From Macrostomum lignano (Eukaryota): 64,000 nt of DNA. Positions 59,159-64,000 of this stretch are shown here, piece by piece. Below the pieces are notes generated by a model. The model had not been told where the DNA came from. It searched no databases and saw only the letters and a program-made list of their open reading frames with translations. The stretch covers positions 310,001 through 374,000 of the forward strand of contig NIVC01000839.1 of the NCBI GenBank assembly GCA_002269645.1, given 5' to 3'. Both the position numbers and the translations under genes were made by a program. How positions within the stretch are numbered: the first letter of the stretch is position 1; every line of letters starts with the position of its first letter.

Positions 59159-61085
59159 TCAGTTATTATCATTGGACTGATGAAGCATGGCGGTCAGCTC
59201 CAGACTCTCAGCAGGTGGTACTTCTTCGTGGCTGGCCTCAGCTTCCATAGTATTGTCTTGTCCTAGGTAGTCTTCCGTAGCCTCTGGCTGTTTGGCTACA
59301 GACCGGTGCTTCGCCTCTGGAGCAGCCGGTTCCGCGTTTCTGGGCAGCCAGGTGAGAAAAATAGCCGAGAACGTGTCACGAAACTGCTTCGACATTGAGG
59401 TGTACAGCACAAAATTGACGCTGTTGTTAATCAGCGATAGAAGGTCCAGCAGGTCGCCTAGCGGAGTGTAGACGTTGTCTTCAAACGAATCGGACACGAA
59501 GCACAGCAACGACATGACACCCTGCGGCAGCTCGGTGATGAGGAACACGATCACAATGGCCAGCAACATTCGGGTGGTTCGAAGCTCTCGCTTGTCCGCT
59601 CGCTGCTCTCTTCGACCGGCCGGGACGCCGTTGTTGGACGGACTGGCGGCTGCTGCGGCTGGGTTCCTGTTCAGCAGCTTACGCCGGCGTCTTGCCGACT
59701 TCGAAAGCTGACCGATAAGCAGCACGGTCATGGCGCTGAGCATGAGGCAGGGCAGGATCTTGTACAATATGGCTATTGTCCAATAGTTGCTCAGCACCAG
59801 AGTGTCGCTAACCCACTGAGCCGCGTCGATGAAGTACAGAGTGGCGTTGGTGACAGGAGATCGGCAGGCCCTAGGCGCGTTGACTAGGTAATTCGGTATG
59901 CTAGTCAGGCAGCAGGCGATGCAGATCGCAGCGATACAGATTGATACGTTTCTGTGGCTGGCAAGCCTCGCTCCGGTAGTTGGAAATGCGATGTACAGGT
60001 AGCGGAACACGGCCAGGGCCACGGTGAGCCAGCAGGCGGCTGTGTGCAGCACCAGCACCAGGCTGATGGTGAACAGAGAGTACAGAATCCAGCCGTACTG
60101 CTGCGTGTGCGGCTCCGCGAGTTCGGCGGGGACACCTCGACGACCGGTCGGATTTTTCAAGGTGAAGTGAGCCACCTGGCGTTGGGGCGTTGAAGGGTAA
60201 CTACAGGTGAGCTAGTTCTTTAATTATTGGTTATGCATTGGTGTAATTACTGAGCTAAGGTACTAGAGTCAGTGGTGTAGCCAGTGGAGGGGCAGCCTCT
60301 CACCTCTGACGGTATTGCGACTGGGTGACTGACGTCTCTGATGCTGACATCTACTCAAAAAAAATTAACGTCTCTGATGCTGACATCTACTCAAATAAAC
60401 TGACGTCTCTGATGCTGACATCTACTCAAATAAACTGACGTCTCTGATGCTGACATCTACTCAAATAAACTGACGTCTCTGATGCTGACATCTACTCAAA
60501 TAAACTGACGTCTCTTGTGCTGACATCTACTCAAATAAACTGACGTCTCTTGTGCTGACATCTACTCAAATAAACTGACGTCTCTGGTGCTGACATCTAC
60601 TCAAATAAACTGACGTCTCTGGTGCTGACATCTACTCAAATAAACTGACGTCTCTGGTGCTGACATCTACTCAAATAAACTGACGTCTCTGGTGCTGACA
60701 TCTACTCAAATAAACTGATACTATATATCTTGTGCTGCAATGATTGAGGTACTTTATTCCTGTCAAGCAGTACTAGGCGCTTGTGAACTCCAATTCAGAC
60801 GCAGCTCACCTGAAAGAAATAGGTCAGCATGGTGAACAGGTCAGCAGCTGCGACGGCAATCAAAATCCGATTGACCGAGCTAACGGACAAGCTCTTCCTG
60901 GTGAGCACGGCGATGTTCGCCACGTTGGCAACAACCCCCAGCAGGCAGAGGGTGACGCTTACGTAGCCGTGAACGGTGCCATAAATTTCCTGGAATTGTA
61001 CCAATCCCAGGTGCACGGAGGGCACCGAAACTGACAAATTGCTGCAACTTCTCGTCAGGTCATCCAAGCTGATGGTGGCTCCCAT
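59159..61085 (-). CDS. Rhodopsin-class neuropeptide GPCR, myosuppressin/Dms-receptor-like; exons 61085-60810 and 60175-59159
   Basis: HGYVSVTLCLLGVVANVANIAVLTRK, AAADLFTM, WLTVALAVFRYLYI, RTTRMLLAIVIVFLITELPQG, LINNSVNFVLY..MSKQFR; phase-0 intron. Ligand unknown. Confidence 0.88.
60325..60720. repeat. 35-bp minisatellite (TCTACTCAAATAAACTGACGTCTCTGATGCTGACA)n, GPCR intron
   Basis: About 11 units with ordered variant blocks. Confidence 0.95.
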
Positions 61086-61599
61086 GGCCGCAAATTTAGC
61101 GTAATTATGTCTCGTAACCTGTGCGTGCGTGTATCGGATAACAGTAGTTGCAGGATGATGTTCGTATAGCATTAGAACGTGACTCGTATCCAATCTTAAG
61201 ATAATTACAGGCACCGCTGCAAGTCCTAATGCGGGTGGAGCGCTAAGAGGAAGTAATGGGCTGCTGGAACAGGAAGATGACTTGATGGGACTTTTTCAGC
61301 TTGAGGAATGATGAACTGGATTGAATCGACAAGCGAAAATCCTACTTCAGTTCGATGGAAATAGAAAATTCGCTGAAAAACGAGTCATTTAGGTGAGTAG
61401 TTCTGCCTAAACCATGGTTAATTATCTATATTGTACCTATTGAGTGCTCAAAGCTGCTTTCTACTACTATATATTCCAGTGCGTTTACTGCAGTTCTTTA
61501 TCAGCAGTTTGGCCTAAATATTGTGCCCATACTGAACTGGATATGAAACGATGATATTCCATAATAAATCCGCGTGATTTGCGTATGTGACTCAAAAAT

Positions 61600-64000
61600 T
61601 CAAGCTGAGGTGAATCTCAAAGTGCTAGTGAACTCCAACTGAGGTGAATCTCAAGGTGTCAGTATGAACTCCAACTGAGGTGAATCTCAAGGTGTCAATA
61701 TGAACTCCAACTGAGGTGAATCTCAGGTATCAATAAGAACTCCAACTGAGGTGAATTGAGTCTCAAGGTGTCAATATGAACTCCAACTGAGGTGAATCTC
61801 AAGGTGTCAGTATGAACTCCAACTGAGGTGAATCTCAAGGTGTCAATAAGAACTCCAACTGAGGTGAATCTCAAGGTGTCAGTATGAACTCCAACTGAGG
61901 TGAATCTCAAGGTGTCAATAAGAACTCCAACTGAGGTGAATCTCAAGGTGTCAATAAGAACTCCAACTGAGGTGAATCTCAAGGTGTCAATAAGAACTCC
62001 AACTGAGGTGAATCTCAAGGTATCAATATGAACTCCAACTGAGGTGAATCTCAAGGTGTCAATAAGAACTCCAACTGAGGTGAATCTCAAGGTGTCAATA
62101 AGAACTCCAACTGAGGTGAATCTCAGGTATCAATATGAACTCCAACTGAGGTGAATCTCAGGTATCAATATGAACTCCAACTGAGGTGAATCTCAGGTAT
62201 CAATAAGAACTCCAACTGAGGTGAATCTCAGGTATCAATAAGAACTCCAACTGAGGTGAATCTCAAGGTGTCAATATGAACTCCAACTGAGGTGAATCTC
62301 AAGGTGTCAATATGAACTCCAACTGAGGTGAATCTCAGGTATCAATAAGAACTCCAACTGAGGTGAATTGAGTCTCAAGGTGTCAATATGAACTCCAACT
62401 GAGGTGAATCTCAAGGTGTCAGTATGAACTCCAACTGAGGTGAATCTCAAGTGTCAATAAGAACTCCAACTGAGGTGAATCTCAAGGTGTCAATATGAAC
62501 TCCAACTGAGGTGAATCTCAGGTATCAATAAGAACTCCAACTGAGGTGAATCTCAAGGTATCAATAAGAACTCCAACTGAGGTGAATCTCAAGGTGTCAA
62601 TAAGAACTCCAACTGAGGTGAATCTCAAGGTGTTATTAAGAACTCCAACTGAGGTGAATCTCAAGGTATCAATAAGAACTCCAACTGAGGTGAATCTCAA
62701 GGTGTCAGTATGAACTCCAACTGAGGTGGATCTCAAGGTGTCAATATGAACTCCAACTGAGGTGAATCTCAAGGTGTCAATATGAACTCCAACTGAGGTG
62801 AATCTCAAGGTGTCAGTATGAACTCCAACTGAGGTGAATCTCAAGGTGTCAGTATGAACTCCAACTGAGGTGAATCTCAAGGTGTCAATACGAACTCCAA
62901 CTGAGGTGAATCTCAAGGTGTCAATAAGAACTCCAACTGAGGTGAATCTCAGGTATCAATATGAACTCCAACTGAGGTGAATCTCAAGGTGTCAATATGA
63001 ACTCCAACTGAGGTGAATCTCAAGGTGTCAATAAGAACTCCAACTGAGGTGAATCTCAAGGTATCAATAAGAACTCCAACTGAGGTGAATCTCAAGGTGT
63101 CAGTATGAACTCCAACTGAGGTGAATCTCAAGGTGTCAATATGAACTCCAACTGAGGTGAATCTCAAGGTGTCAATATGAACTCCAACTGAGGTGAATCT
63201 CAAGGTGTCAGTATGAACTCCAACTGAGGTGAATCTCAAGGTGTCAGTATGAACTCCAACTGAGGTGAATCTCAAGGTGTCAATACGAACTCCAACTGAG
63301 GTGAATCTCAAGGTGTCAATAAGAACTCCAACTGAGGTGAATCTCAGGTATCAATATGAACTCCAACTGAGGTGAATCTCAAGGTGTCAATAAGAACTCC
63401 AACTGAGGTGAATCTCAAGGTGTCAATAAGAACTCCAACTGAGGTGAATCTCAAGGTATCAATAAGAACTCCAACTGAGGTGAATCTCAGGTATCAATAT
63501 GAACTCCAACTGAGGTGAATCTCAGGTATCAATAAGAACTCCAACTGAGGTGAATCTCAGGTATCAATAAGAACTCCAACTGAGGTGAATCTCAAGGTGT
63601 CAATATGAACTCCAACTGAGGTGAATCTCAAGGTGTCAATATGAACTCCAACTGAGGTGAATCTCAAGGTGTCAGTATGAACTCCAACTGAGGTGAATCT
63701 CAAGGTGTCAGTATGAACTCCAACTGAGGTGAATCTCAAGGTGTCAATACGAACTCCAACTGAGGTGAATCTCAAGGTGTCAATAAGAACTCCAACTGAG
63801 GTGAATCTCAGGTATCAATATGAACTCCAACTGAGGTGAATCTCAAGTGTCAATAAGAACTCCAACTGAGGTGAATCTCAAGGTGTCAATAAGAACTCCA
63901 ACTGAGGTGAATCTCAAGGTATCAATAAGAACTCCAACTGAGGTGAATCTCAGGTATCAATAAGAACTCCAACTGAGGTGAATCTCAGGTATCAATAAGA
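61600..64000. repeat. 35-36-bp satellite (GAACTCCAACTGAGGTGAATCTCAAGGTGTCAATAT)n running off the window
   Basis: More than 60 head-to-tail units with a few recurrent variants. Confidence 0.97.

Noticed and set aside
61600-64000. CRISPR-like 35-36-bp repeats with weak internal dyad symmetry
   Set aside because: Units are head-to-tail with only a few recurring variants, no unique spacers and no cas genes, in a eukaryotic context. It is a satellite.

Overview
This is animal (spliceosomal) genomic DNA, not prokaryotic. GC-rich exons lie between AT-rich or minisatellite-filled introns. The gene set and repeat load resemble a free-living flatworm such as Macrostomum, but the species is my inference only. 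Hand-built gene models: 3' part of an alpha-carbonic anhydrase (+), KLHL12 (+), CEP152/asterless (+), ZNFX1 (-), a PLAC8/cornifelin-family gene (+), an intron-containing but bacterial-like enolase-superfamily enzyme resembling cis-3-hydroxy-L-proline dehydratase (+), and a myosuppressin-receptor-like GPCR (-). Mobile DNA: an intact DD37E (TRT-type) Tc1 element, a deleted mariner, several MITEs (hAT-, Harbinger- and EnSpm-like) and three copies of a tRNA-derived CORE-type SINE. Most long introns carry their own minisatellite, often starting at the donor or ending at the acceptor. The leading candidates for novelty are the bacterial-type dehydratase gene and this splice-site-anchored minisatellite architecture. 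All coordinates were counted by eye, and repeat boundaries are approximate.
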